A DNA stretch of 61,742 bases, filler included, from Sphacelaria rigidula (GCA_964200075.2; 8 parts of 8 records of this genome joined end to end with filler, not necessarily neighbours in it), one strand, 5' to 3'; positions 9,662-22,827 are shown, counted from the first letter of the whole stretch. Notes: generated by a model from the sequence alone, not told the origin. Made by a program: numbers and translations.

Positions 9662-11969
9662 CTGCTGTTGCTGTCTTCATATTGAAAACCGCTCCGATGT
9701 CTGCGTTATGCATTCGTACTGGGCATCTGGTGCGGACGTCTTCCATGATCACAGGCTAGCTACCTATAATAAGTAGGGCTGTGAGCTGGCTGCTCTGGTC
9801 AGTTGAGGTTAAGCTGGCCGTGCCAGCGTCCAGTACATCGATTGTTTTCCAGTTAATCATCGGCGTCAACGCCCCCCCCCGGCTGGTGAGGGGGCCCCGC
9901 GGGAGCGCCGCCGGAGGCGAGAAAAAATGCGTTGCGTGGCTTGTTTTTCCTTCAAGAATGTGGAAAGTTGTAGAAAATGTGACCCCTCACATTGAGGAGC
10001 TCAAAGTCTTAGATGACACAGAGTGCCTCCAAAACAACTCCGAGACTCTGCGTACACCCTCCCCTCCCCCCTCCGGCGGTCGTAGGATTTGTTTTCTCAC
10101 CACGAAACACACAATAAATTGCCACTTTGGGGCGACTTGGGTGAGCCAGCGCCCATGATTGTTGGCCCTATCTGCCATAACAAGATACGACGCACATTGG
10201 ACGCAAATTGACGGTGCAGATAAATACGTTTAGCTTGGTTGAGCAAGCATTGCAGAGCTGTCAAATGAAGACATGGATTGTCACCTTAGCTGCTTGACGC
10301 ATGGTGGTGATGTCGGATGCCCAAAGGATCAATTGACCTTTCGATTGCGATGCTAGCTATAGTTGTTTGTATGCTCAGCTGCGGATAATAGAACAGATAG
10401 ATGTGTACAAATAGAGAAGCGAGCAGAACAAACGTTGTATAGTACACTCACGTATAGTCTCCTTAGATCCTGAGGCTCAATCACCACAGAAGGGTATAGC
10501 TGAAGTCTATCAGGCGCTGACGAAGTCTCAATTAGTCCTCTGCTTTACCGCTGGGTCCTTGGGCGATGAGAGAGTGTCCAAAAGGGGCTGTGCACTTGTC
10601 TGTCAGCCCGTTCCCGGACATGTCTCTACTCAAAGTCATAACTCAGAAATGTAGCCAAGCAACTTCAAATAAGCTTCCGTATATATCTACCGTTGAACTT
10701 CAATAATTCCACGTCATCCCAAACGATAGCGTCCAACTACGCACGTATCAACCAACCGCTGGCTCGTGCGGCATCTACAAGCCGCTGAAATATTCGCCAA
10801 AGATATAAAACTCTAGTACCCGCCCGTCTGTGTGTCCGGATGAACAACTTTAGTAACTGCAGAGTACCCATCACATCACATGTGTCTCTCATGGTTGAAG
10901 CACTCGCAGATTATGACAAGAGGCGAGAGTGCTTCATCCATACCTTCTCCCGCACCACAAAAAATGTAGACCAACACAAAGGAATAAAAGAAAGAAAACA
11001 AACAAACGAACAAACACTGAACAAAAAAACGAGACAAAAGAAACAAAATCGGACCGATCCAGTACAGTGTCCTCGAATTCCGTGAGATTCTCACGAGGAA
11101 TCCTAAGCAAAAAAAAACACAACGACATACTCTAAAATGCAGTGTCGTCAAAAAAGCCGCGAGCGTTTCCGGTGTAGTCACAGGAAATCAGAAGCTCATC
11201 CTTGAAACGGTCATCATACCCTGCCATAACTATACTATGAAAAACGTTTACTCTTACCGGATGTCCGATTTGTTTGAGTTCATTGGTGGAAAAACAAGCA
11301 AGCCCGCCAAGGCATTATACCACTCCGGTAACCAATTTCCTAGCACAGCAGCAGCCTGTCGTCCCAGTCAATCAGCAAAAGCCAACACCGTATAGCCGAT
11401 TTCGTCGCCAAAAAGGTGGTTCCCCGCGAAATCATACGTTGAAAAAAAAAAACACGCATGGTATAGACAGTCAACCCGTTCACGTGAGTTAACTGTCGGT
11501 ACAAGTTTGTGAGAGCAACGTCTTGCTTTGGACGTCTGGGTGATGATCCAGTCGTACAGCACTTTTTTTGTTTTCTCACACGACGAGATACCAAAAACAA
11601 CCGGCCGGTTTGTAAGGTCGGGTATCCGTACATGACAAAATAAACGTATTTGAGTCAATATACAACCTTCGGGCCCACTACGTAGTTCCGAGGCGGATCG
11701 CTCAATACCTCTCTGAACCACGACAAATACACGGGAGATAGAGGGCCAACGCAGTCCACCCCTCACGGCATTCATCCGTTCGGACTAAAACGAGACTGGC
11801 TCGAACTCAAACTGAGGTAAAAACCACAGCCGGTCGTACCGTCACGTTACTTCGTCCAATAATTCCTGATAAAAAAAAAACACCACCGACCGATTTATGG
11901 GCGAGTAACCGTACGCAAAAAACTAGTGTAAGCAGTGACAAAAAAATAGCGAGTAGCGGACTGAGCCTG

Positions 11970-14900
11970 TGTCATGAAGCTAGGAGGCGTCTATGATCAA
12001 ATCTGGGGTTCTATAGTTGCGGGTCTGATTGAGCTTGACTAGGTCGGATGTGAGACTGATGTAAAGGCACAGGCATGGGTCCTTCAACCCTCTTGCGGTA
12101 CTCGCCCGGGTGGAGCCGATTGTTAAGCCATCGCTATAGCTGGAGAGCAACTGAGAGAGCATTGAAAGGAGCGATAACGAATACGAGTGAACAAGAGTCT
12201 TTTGTATCAAGTGGGTATAGCTTACTGCGTGAAGCTATGGTGGTGTTGGCTTATTTGGACACGTCTATAGCCCGATCCTTTGTGAGGACAGAGCTGCCCG
12301 TGTTGGCCTTGGAAGTATCTGACCTCTGACCCGTCCGGCTGCACCAAGAGGGTGCATCCCGCCTAACACTTTAACGATTGGCGTTCGACTTGGAGTATCT
12401 GCTTGCTAGCTTGTTCTCCCTCTCCAGAGTAGAGCAGTTGTTTGCTCATCTACTGTCTGTACTGCCCTCTAGTTGCTGTTTCCCCCCTCTTGCTGTAGCT
12501 TTGTCTTGCATTTATTGTGTGAGTCTTTGCTTTTCATTCGCTTGATTGCTTTTTACAGTAGCCCACGGTACCGTACACGTGCACACGCAGTTGCCCCAAC
12601 GGAGCGTTCTCTGCTGTTCGTTCCGTGCAGCGATTTTCAGCAGTACCCTTTCGCTTGAATCGCGTGTTGCACGCGCTCCTCGACGCGGCACTTCTAAGGC
12701 GTTCGCACTGTCTCCTCTACGACCTTTTCTTCGGTCGCGCAATTTTACTGTATTGGCCACCCGACGGTTAACCCGTACTCTGTTGCTTTTTCTCGGTACC
12801 AGAAACCTATCTGTCCCATTCTGTTTAACAGATATACATTGTTCTCGGCAGATATCCACGAATTTGCTCCACTTTCCCCATCCCATCTGCCCACACGTGT
12901 TTCCTCTCCTTTTTTGGGGGGGGCGGTGCACAGCTGCACTTAGTAGCTGCCGAATCGCTATTATTACTTGCCGCTGTTTCCGTAGCGAGCGGCGTTGAAA
13001 CTCGGCGATCGTGGTCAGTCACGTACATTTTTTACCCTGGCAGCTCGCCTTTATCCACTGCCTCCGCCGCTTTTTGCGGGATGTTCCGCTGGACCATTTG
13101 TAATTGTCCCGCACTCACCTAGGCTACACTATTACAGGCTGCGTTTCCGATTTTTATACCACTTTCCGGTTTTAAGTTGCGTTTCAATCAGACATTCAGG
13201 GATTGTCTTTTACTGGTCTTGTGCCCCTGTGTTGTGGCTATTACACACCCTCTCGCACATTCGTGATCCAAAATAAAAATAAATAAATAAATAAATAAAA
13301 CAAGAATAAACCAAAAAAAACGAAAAAAAAATCAATCAAACAAAATAAAATAAATAAAATGAAATAAAATCACGTATTGGCTTTCGCTTCTTGCTCTGGG
13401 GTTCTCTGAACGTATCGCTCTGTAGAAGATGTATACGCTTCACCTATGTCGCAACGTATCACCACCGCTTCTTCTCCCAACACGGGAGCTAAGCCGCCCC
13501 GTCGTACGCGGAGCGAAACTAAGGGATCTTCTAGTTTTTCGGGACCCGAGGCTGATTCTTCTTCAGCCTTACGGAAACCAGCCTCGAGCGCTGCTCGATC
13601 CATCGGTTTTGAGGACCAACCCGTGCAGTTCTCATCGCCCCCTCCGAGCTTCGATTCCGATTGTAGCTCGGATTCTCGTACCCTTCCGACCCTCCTTCAT
13701 CATCCCACCCGTGACCACTCCTCACAGACACGCTCTGTGCCCCAACCCTTCACGACGCCGATGGCACCCGTCGTAGCACATACCCCATCGGACGCCGCCG
13801 TCGACACTGGGCCCACCTTGACACATCCCGTGTCCCACCCCTCAACCACGCTGGTGTTACCCGTGGCTCCAACCCAACCCCCAACCACGCTGGTGGTATC
13901 CGTGGTCTCTACCCAACCCCCGACCAAGCTGGTAGCACCCGTGGTCTCTACCCCACCCTTTGACCCTACTGCCAGCGCGGGTATCATCGTACAAGCTGCA
14001 GTCGAAGACCGTTCCGTCGTGCAGGTGGCACCCACGTCCGGACCCCCGACTGCTGGCACTACTGTCCGCGCTGCCCTACCGGCACACGCTTTGCCATCAT
14101 CCGCGGCTACTTTTCGTGCCCCGGCTGATCATGATTTGTTGACGAATGTTTTGACTTCTGCTTTGCCCAACTCAGGACGCCCGTCTTCGGTCCCAGCGGC
14201 TACTTCTGGCATCAATCGGGAACCAGCCCCTGTGCCAGACGTCAGTATCGCCACAGCACTGCAAGTTCTGTGCAATACCTTGCCCCGCTCTCCTTCGGCT
14301 TTCGCCGACATGCAAGCAGCCCACAGTGCACCACCCCACCAAACCGCGCCCACCCCCACCGAACCTCGGCTTTCACCCACACCGCCACGCCCGCCTTCCC
14401 CCCGACACAACATAACCACCCCCGCTCGACGGATGACCGCGCGTGACGACAATTCGAGACATACCTCTCGTTCCCCCCGTATTTCTACTGGCTCAACGCT
14501 TTCTTCACGTCGGTGCTCCCCACGTAATGATGTTACAGTGCACGCTGACGCCGTGAGGGACGTTTCTTCCGATCTTCCTTCTGCAGAGGAATCGTCTATC
14601 GCGCACTCCAGCGACCACCAACATTCCTACGACTCACGCCATCGCAGCCGCCCGACCCACACGCGATAGCTCTTCCCTCTCTGATGCGGCAGTTATCCGT
14701 TCCTTGCGGCGACAACTTGCCGATTTACAGCGCACCGTACAAACACTTGTGAGCAACCACGTATCTCCGCCCCCCACCGCGCCCCCCAAACCCACAGCTT
14801 TTGCTGCCCCGGCCCCAGCTCCCGCTGCCGCCACCGTCGCCGACATTGACGCCGACAGTGGTACCCATACTGGCTCCGGGATCCCTTGTGCACTCGCACC

Positions 14901-15362
14901 CGCCCCAACTCCCCCTGCATCTACTATCGCGCCGTGCAACCGTGCACCTTCGTCGCAGCAGGACCGCCCACAGTTGGGTCCGGAGCACTGTCCTTTCGGG
15001 CTGCTCCCGCATATTTTCATGGACCATGGCCGCACTGCCCAAGAACAACTTATCCGTGAGTATGCTGACTACGCACCAGCCATGATGAATGATTTCGTCA
15101 ATCGGCAACGCAACACGGATGCAGCCGCGTCTACATCTTCCACCGAGGAGTATCATGCTCCTCCCCGTGAACTAGCGGGGGAGCGCTCACGCGCCTCTCA
15201 AGCCGTAGCCGCTCCTCGCTCCCACCGCACCCCGTCCCCACCCCCCCCCTACTTCGACCGCCCGCCCCGACACCAGTGCCAAACCGCGTCGCTTCTCCAT
15301 CCGAGTCATCCTACGATAGGGGGGGGGTATTTTGGGCCATTTGTTGCTCGAAATTTTGAGTC
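11970..15362 (+). mobile_element. Probable 5' part of an LTR (or DIRS-like) retrotransposon: candidate LTR, long UTR with A-rich tract, gag-like ORF
   Basis: Candidate TG...CA segment at 11970-12368, an A-rich tract at 13269-13369, then a long intronless P/S/T-rich ORF running to the contig end. No second LTR, clear PBS or pol motif is visible, so this is inference. Confidence 0.45.
13446..15362 (+). pseudogene. Gag-like low-complexity ORF with one frameshift near 14650-14670
   Basis: A 407-aa ORF (13446-14669) is overlapped by a second frame reading PTRDSSSLSDAAVIRSLRRQLADLQRTVQTLVS (coiled-coil-like), which stays open to the contig end. About 1.9 kb without introns in an intron-rich genome. 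Confidence 0.55.
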
Positions 15363-15462
15363 NNNNNNNNNNNNNNNNNNNNNNNNNNNNNNNNNNNNNN
15401 NNNNNNTTAATTAATTAANNNNNNNNNNNNNNNNNNNNNNNNNNNNNNNNNNNNNNNNNNNN
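15363..15462. other. Artificial contig linker
   Basis: Same 100-bp linker. Contig 2 is 7631 bp. Confidence 0.98.
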
Positions 15463-15518
15463 GGATGCGAAGTCAATGCTCCTATGACTATGGCATGCAT
15501 GATCATGAGTACAGCCCC
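15463..15518 (-). repeat. Type-I structured repeat end at contig start
   Basis: ggatgcgaagtcaatg..tatgactatggcatgcatgatcatgagtacagcccc. Confidence 0.8.
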
Positions 15519-15691
15519 ACCTCAATGTTTCCTTAGAGTGAAGGTTTTCGGGTCCAAACTCTCACCCCCCGCTAGAGGTATTCACCGTATTGTACGGTCA
15601 CGGCGTGACATCATGTTGCAACTACGCTTCATTAGTAGCGTGGATCCACGTTGCACGTAACTTGTTATCCTGCCATAAAACGTCGGAGTCT

Positions 15692-15761
15692 GGGGCGTAC
15701 TCATTTGTTGCTTGCCTTAGTCGTTTGACCGTTGACCACGCATCCCTTTCGAGACGGAGCA
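15692..15761 (+). repeat. Type-II repeat end
   Basis: ggggcgtactcatttgttgcttgccttagtcgtttgacc...gagacggagca. Confidence 0.85.
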
Positions 15762-15819
15762 ATATGTGCATGTTGCAACAATGGGGCCCGTTTCATGTCT
15801 GGGTATATACTTGTGCTAG

Positions 15820-15960
15820 GCGATAAGCGCATCTGAAGCCGGGACGACGATCATGATCGAAGCCCCGGTGGTGCTGGACACTGAGCTTCACATCTCGACC
15901 TCCATCAAACTCGTCGGAGAGAATCGTGTCCTTATCGAAATGGCCAGCCGTCCATTGGAG
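15820..15960 (+). CDS. Right-handed beta-helix / pectin-lyase-fold-like protein, internal exon (5' part not on this contig)
   Basis: AISASEAGTTIMIEAPVVLDTELHISTSIKLVGENRVLIEMASRPLE resembles the AI..A..G.TI.I...L.I...I.L.G cap of beta-helix domains. TAG acceptor, GT donor, 141 bp, phase 0/0. Confidence 0.7.
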
Positions 15961-16743
15961 GTATAGCAAAGGAAGGGCAACAACAGGCTTCGCAATCCCG
16001 TTGCTGACTAAAAAGTTGGACATTATGGACAAGATGCACGTGACCTCGTTTTCTCCAGCTCTTCGTAAACCGACCAGCCTTAGAAGTGTAAAGGATCCTT
16101 CATCATAGGTGCTTCGTTGCGCTTTTTCTAGTAAAACGTTGCAAGGTATGCGAGGAGTCTTCTGAAAGTATTGGGGTGGTGCGTAGAACCAGATTGATAA
16201 CCGATACATGAATTTGTTTCCAAAGTGAGCAGGAAAAGCGCACTGCGTGCTGAGGACTCGGACAATTCATATGGCAAGGAATAAGGCCACACAAGGAGCA
16301 ATTCACGAACCGAACAGGTCAAAGTTTCCGGCATATCATATCATTTGACGGTTATCCCGCGCACTAGTAGTCTATTCGTTAAGTACGATATGCGGTCTCC
16401 CGTACGTCACCCTTAGAAAGTCAGCCATCGGAGATGAACCGTGCACAAATTGTGGATTAATTGCAGTGCTGATTGGCATATGTATTCTATAAGCGTCTCT
16501 CCCGTTCCTCTGTATGTGGATCCGAGTATTCACAATTCCCCGTATCACATACCGGGTGGACTCAAAATTAAACACCAGGGGTCTACTTACCTCGATCCTG
16601 ACACGAAATGCTTTGAAGCGTACGCTGTTCCGTGTCGGCGGCGATTCACGTGGTGGTATGGCTTTTCGTCGCGGAGTTCATTACCGCTCCCGTTACTCCC
16701 CTAAAATGTTACCTCTATTCGTCGGTAATATTGCTTACCTCAG

Positions 16744-16886
16744 ATTTCAGCGCCATCAGTTGTGCAAAACCTGAGCATCGCCTACCTCCCAGACGAGAGA
16801 GAGGCATTCGAGCAAGAAGGGTTCCCGGACAACTTGGTCGGGCCAGCGGTCATCGTCATGAACGACGCTCTCGTTGAAAACTGCAG
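16744..16886 (+). CDS. Beta-helix protein, internal exon
   Basis: ISAPSVVQNLSIAYLPDEREAFEQEGFPDNLVGPAVIVMNDALVENC. CAG acceptor, GT donor, 143 bp, phase 0/2. Confidence 0.7.
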
Positions 16887-17584
16887 GTGTACACGCCTGT
16901 AATGACAGATCAGTCACATCCTAAGAACCGTAGCATACGCGTGTGTCGTGAGATAATCTCCCTCATTTTTGTCGAAGCAACGGTCCCGGTCATTTGTGAT
17001 TTTCATTACCGAACTGTAATCTTGACTCCCCCCAGGCTGTAATGACACCCCGTTGTTGGTGCAATGCAGGAAGATCCGAACACGTCAAGATTTTCCACCA
17101 GTTGTGTATGTTGGCCCGTTCATCATTTCTTTCTGTTACCATAATAAGTGGCACTAGTACTGTAGAAAGCGGATAGAGGTAATCACGACAGAAGAGGGCT
17201 GTCGGGTCTATGAATTTTGAAACGTGGTGTTTCGCCTTGCCGGCATCGTGAGAATCACTTGTGTTCCTGTGGCTACATGAACCCTCAATATCGGAGAGCC
17301 AGCCGATTCAAATTGCAAGCGTGTAACGCAACATGTTCTTTCAAATGTTGACATACTGCTTTGGAACAGCTGTTGCCTTCTAAGAGGCTTGTTGTTGTTG
17401 AACAAATCAGTCCGTCACGGTGAAATGTACCTCTCCACCGTTGCATTCGTTGTGACCACTGCTCATCCTTCGAGAACAATCATAAAACAGTCCTCGAAAC
17501 ATACATCATCAGCAAGTCAGCGCTTATGACACCCTCCCATCTACCGCGTTCTCCATGTCGATTTACTCGTCATGGCGTCCGAAG

Positions 17585-17761
17585 ATTCGGCCCGTGTCCC
17601 GCTGGACAGGCTGTGATGCTGCAGCTCGGCCGACTGATGATCCGAGGTTGCACATTCAGCGAGGTGGTGTACGGAGTGGTTGTGGTGCCTTGGGAGGATA
17701 CAGCTCATCTCGCTACAACGGTTCACCTCGAGAGCAACTGCTTCAACACCTGTGATATCTG
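17585..17761 (+). CDS. Beta-helix protein, internal exon
   Basis: FGPCPAGQAVMLQLGRLMIRGCTFSEVVYGVVVVPWEDTAHLATTVHLESNCFNTCDI, with I.GCTF and LESNCF rungs. AAG acceptor, GTAACT donor, 177 bp, phase 2/2. Confidence 0.7.
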
Positions 17762-19266
17762 GTAACTCGACTCTTCATCTAGAAATTTTGCCGCTATCGT
17801 AGAGCATGTGCGTACGTATTTCCCCGAAAACAAATGGGAAACAGTACTTGTCTACTGCTGGTGACCTGGTGCTGCCCATACCGTAGGAAGAAGAGACGTG
17901 ATAGCTATGTTTTCTGCGCTCCTGTCGCCCTTTTAGGGTATGCCCTACCGCATGGTGAGTGTACAATTTTGGGTTCAAGGCTTTGTACATTATCAAATGC
18001 ATCCGAATATTTTGCCATGATTGATGCAATTTCTTGTGTGGAGGACACGCGCGTTCTTGACGTTCCCGAGGTGTTGTAGTTCGGGTTCCCTCGACAGCAT
18101 CTACAAGGATCTTTCCCCGCGACCAATAGCTTGCTATCTGATGGATCCCCGACGAGACTTACTTTCTCCAGAAATATCGACCTACGTGCACTTCACACTA
18201 CACCCACTACCACTAGCCAGACTACTCTACAACCAGAGCACCGACACAGTTCTCCCGATAGCCAGCCTTCCGCGGGAGCATAATATATTCCGTTGTGCTA
18301 AATACGAAAAAAAGTAATCGCAGTTTCAGAAGTATCATGTCGAAAACATGAGTCTCCTGTGCCTGGGAGAAAAAGAGAATAATCGTGTCATGTAGAGCGC
18401 GAAAAAGACTCTGGGCAGTGAGATGAGGAAAACAGTCGAATCTGACATAATATGACAAAAGTCACCCACAGAAGATCGCGCACGAGGTCATCGCTGGGTG
18501 TGGCTCGGTATCAGAAGTAGCAAGCATAAGAGTCATTGTCTCCTTGTCGAGCTGACCTACACCCTGCCTACCCAAGCGAGACCCAGTCGATATTCCTCTA
18601 ACTGGCAGAAAGAAAAACGATGAAAAAGAAGAAACTTCTCAAAGAGTTCGCAGGTGGTGGTGGATAGTGCGGGGTATTCCTCTCTGCAGACGGGCGATCA
18701 TCGTTATATATTACTACGGAGTGTTGCCACGATACCCCCTTCCCGCCTCCGCCCTCGAACCAGCCCCAAAATTGCCACGAAGAAAATGACCATACAACAC
18801 ATGGTTGGCGGATTTAGACTACGTAAAGTTCCTCATGCGGGCGGCATTGTCGAAACCAATCTCAAGCGTGGGAGTTCTAGCTGCTTGGTGTTATCGGTTT
18901 TTTTCAGTTTGATGTACATGTAGATTCTACTTTCCTCAAAGCAGCCACCTTTCTGAGAGAGCCTATTGCGGCACCAGCCTACGTTTGCTATCGACTTGTC
19001 TGCAGAATCAATGAGAAGCACACTTCGCTCATGACACGGACGAAATAAGAAACATGAACCCAAGGGCTATGTGGCTGAAGGGGAACCACGAAGTAGGAAA
19101 ATGGAAGTCACAAATCGCAGCTAGTCCGAGTCCTCACAGACGAAGTGTGAGTCTCGACCCCACAGTGACGTTTCTCAACGGCGCGCACAGTCTACAAAAT
19201 ACTCAGCATCACCGTTCAAGCTTCTCCAGCATACGTGGCGTTGACATTTTTCTCCGGCGTGCACAG

Positions 19267-19381
19267 GGGGCTGATGAAGGGACCAGAGCGTTGCCATCCG
19301 CAGAAGAACAGCGCCGTGCTCAAAGCCAACAAATTCATTGGTTTCGGCTTCATGCACGAGGCCATCTCTGATGAGCACTAA
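19267..19381 (+). CDS. Beta-helix protein, probable terminal exon
   Basis: CAG acceptor and phase-2 entry give GLMKGPERCHPQKNSAVLKANKFIGFGFMHEAISDEH*. Alternative acceptors at 17938 and 17980 cannot be excluded. Confidence 0.55.
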
Positions 19382-20861
19382 CGTGTTGAAACGGTGTAGA
19401 GGTATCCATAGGTGCCTGGAGGCTTCCATTGGGACGTGGTGCCTTTGGCTGTTTTTCTATCGGCCCATGACGATCGCGTGCTTACTGTAACTTAGTATGT
19501 GGCCATCGTGTAGATTAGAGAATAGACATGTATGTACACTATATATGTGTGTGTATGCGTGCTCATGGGTCGCGTTCGTACTGACCGTGTTGGGATTATG
19601 GGGGTGAGTCGCGTTTTTCGTTAGACTATTTATTGTGAACGGCCGGCGTGGGTTGTCGAAGCAAGGCGATTTAGTGTTTGATGGACTCGTTCCAATAAAG
19701 TGAGAAAGCGCCAGGTTTTTGCCAGTCGACAATGAGAACATAGTTCATCCTGAGCAATGTTGGATGGGGAGCCGTCCCGTCGGTACAACAAGTGTGCACA
19801 CCCAAGTTCATGTGTGGCACTGGTTGGCGATGCCAAAAACAGCTGTCCTCGGGTTTTTAGCTATACTGTTCATACGGAGTGTATATATTCGTTGGGACCC
19901 TCGTGGGACCAGGAAACTGCGTGCCACAATGGTGCAGTATGTTATTATTCGTGTTTATCAAGTTCAAGCATAGTCGAAGTACGAACGAGCGACACCAGAT
20001 TATCAACCGGCGCTTTTTCGACGGAAGATATCATCTCGGCAGAGACAAAATGCCCCACGCTTGGCGTGTCGCCGGTGGCAGACGGGCGCGGTGTACGTAG
20101 AGGCGCGCTCTCACTCAAACCTCGCAGGAGAAGCGCCTGCAGTGTGTTTTTTTTTCTCGCAAGATCTTGCTTAAGAATTGGCATGTATTGTATCTACTTC
20201 GTCTATTACCCATATATTTGGTGTATAATGAGGGAATGGCGGTGGGGTGATGGTGGTGGACTACAAGGTATAATACGGTTTCGCTTGTGCATCATCACCT
20301 TAGAGACACGGCAGTTTGTGGAAGAGACGGCCGAATCATTGATGGAGTAGGGAAAAGCATCAGTACGATGGTGATGAAGGCCGTCATACAGCATAGATGT
20401 AGGCTCGAGCATGATGTGAATGGCGGCAGTGATGACACATACCTAGGGACCAACAGCAGAAAACTCCACGGGCACCCTCTTCCCTTTGTGCCATACGCAC
20501 GCGCACATAGATGAGGTAGCCATAGGTGTATGTTGAGATGCATGTTGCAGCATTCCGCGCTTTGAGGGGGGGTTGCCAAGGTGTGTGGAAGGTATTGATA
20601 GAAGTGCACGAGTTGGAAAACCTAATGACTCCACCTTGGTACGTTTTGTGCACGTTGATAACCTCACCAAGGCATGGAACGCTGTAATTAATCGCCTCGA
20701 GGTTTTGCCTTCTGTCACCATCGCAGGATTATTGCAGCAGATGCCATTGACGTTAAAAAAATCAGTCATGCCGCGTTTGATTGAAACCATCACGCCACCT
20801 CAACACGGTGGAGCACTTGAATCGTGCAAGTTTTAATGTTTTCGTGAGATTTCCAATTTCA

Positions 20862-22827
20862 TAGATTGCTCTGATTTGCATCGCGCTTCCAATTTTATTT
20901 TTCTTTTGTTATCATGAAAAATGAGCATAATCGGCATACAAGTAGAAGCACGGAAAGAAACACTTGAAATTCATGAAGTATAAATCCACTGAAGCTTTCG
21001 CGTCTCGCACGCGTGAATCGCATACAGTCTATATAGCCGCACGACGTCGTTTCACGTTCGCAAGAGCCCGCCGGAAGGCAGACCTCAGACCGGAGTCGTT
21101 GCCCGGCAAGTTCTCGCTAGATTCTCCTGTGCTATCCCCTGCCACTACTTGTAGATCCGTCTTGACGTACACGTACAAGACCTCTCTCCCGGAGTGCCAT
21201 TGGCTATCGAACGAGGCAGACGGGGTAGTGCTACCCCCACTAGTGCAATAGTACTTGAGCCATCTCCCCCGCAAACGGAACGGTGTGACGCAGTGAGCAC
21301 CCCGCCAGATGAGGTACACAACCGAGACCAAGGATAATCTACACCCAAAGTGAGAGTTTTCGCGCGTAGGGCGGAATGCCAATCACTGCGTCCGCGGCAA
21401 CAGCACTCGACGAAATAAATAGGCGGTCGGGGGCGTTGACGGCCGAGAAAGGCAGGAATTTCCAAAAACAAATGTCCGATGGGATGATCCCGCACGAAGG
21501 ACAAATTGCCGACCCGAGGTAGGAGAAGTCGAGGCAGGTACCTCCTGAGAATAAAGCAACGACGGCGGCCTGTAGAGTTCTACTATTTCCGTGGGGAATC
21601 ATGAAGATAGCGGGGTCACGCAAAGCGGCAGATTCCTCCGGCGTTATCGTCCGCAGGCTCTGGTCGTCGATGGAGTGAGTCACGTGGCGCCTCCACGACA
21701 TCCCTAAAGATTCACGCCTAAGCAAAACCACTTGGAGCTGTTGTTCGTGCGTGTCCGGCCAGTTGGACAGCACGTGAGGCTGGCGTCTCTGGCAAACGGC
21801 TTCAAACACGCTCACCGTGTCATCCATTTGATGATCGCACCCGGGTAAACCGCCGTTGGTCGTGACGAATGCGGTTGATGAAGTTCATCTCCATGGCGAC
21901 CAACTCTCCAACACTACAGACAGTAGTAGTCGTACTGTAAAGTGTATGTGTTAGCGTGGTTGTGGGGGAAAAGTGTACTGCGTACCGGAGCAACAGTCTC
22001 TCCGCTCCTACACTATACAAAAAACATACCCGCCCGCCGTCGGGACTTCGATGTAGGTAGAGGGCCGGCCGTCGTTGTAGGGGGAAAGTGTACTGCGTAC
22101 CGGAGCAGCAGTCTCTCCGCTCCTACACTGTACAAGAAACATACCCGCCCGCCGTCGGGACTGCTGAATGCAGTTGATGAAGCTCATCTCCATGGCGACC
22201 AACTCTCCAACACTACAGACAGTAGTAGTCGTACTGTAAAGTGTATGTGTTAGCGCTGTGGTGCTGGGGTGTGTACTCGACGGGAAAGGGTCTTGACTGT
22301 TTGATTCTTCGCAAGGTACTTTTCGTGTGACAGAATGCTGTTTGTTGGACGACAACGCATTCGATGTAGGAAGAGGGCCGGCCGTCGTTTTGGGGGGAAA
22401 GTGTACTGCGTACCGGAGCAGCAGTCTCTCCGCTCCTGCACCGTATAAGAAACATACCCGCCCGCCGTCGGGACTGCTGAATGCGGTTGATGAAGTTCAT
22501 CCTCATGGCTAAAACTTCTAAAAACTTTGTTGGACTTCTATACTGTGTACGCAGTATACTTCTATTCAGCCGTCGGAACTGCTGAATGCGGTTGATGGAG
22601 TTCATCTCCATGGCTACCAACTTTCCGGTTGGAAAAACTTCTAGAAACACTGTTGGACTTCTGTATTGTGTACGCAGTACACTTCTATTCATGTAGTCTA
22701 CCGTCGGTTCTGAAACGTTCTAATAATACTGTTGGGCTTCTGAATTGTATTCAGTGTAATACTCTGTACTATCTACGACATTGTGCTGCGTTTGAAAAAA
22801 AAGTTTTCTGTCACAGATTTCCTGTCA
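20862..22827. mobile_element. Composite non-autonomous element sharing both end regions with 44721-46213
   Basis: 20862-21018 matches 44721-44878, and 22640-22827 matches 46031-46213, in the same order and orientation. The interior holds an ORF-like segment and tandem modules. Confidence 0.6.
21871..22700. repeat. Modular tandem array (about 300-bp period, about 80-bp sub-module three times)
   Basis: gc.gttgatg.ag.tcatc at about 21871, 22169, 22483 and 22588. aaagtgtactgcgtaccggagca.cagtctctccgctcct at about 21970, 22085 and 22398. Confidence 0.9.

Noticed and set aside
9525..9752. Poly-Thr ORF; similarly poly-Leu/Ser ORFs at 45017-45957 and 46337-46908
   Set aside because: They arise from GTT, CAG/CTG and AAT/AAC microsatellites, with no domain evidence.
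19368..19376. Hammerhead ribozyme core (CTGATGAG; also at 9182)
   Set aside because: I could not build the flanking stems or a correctly placed GAAA, and this site falls in a probable coding exon.
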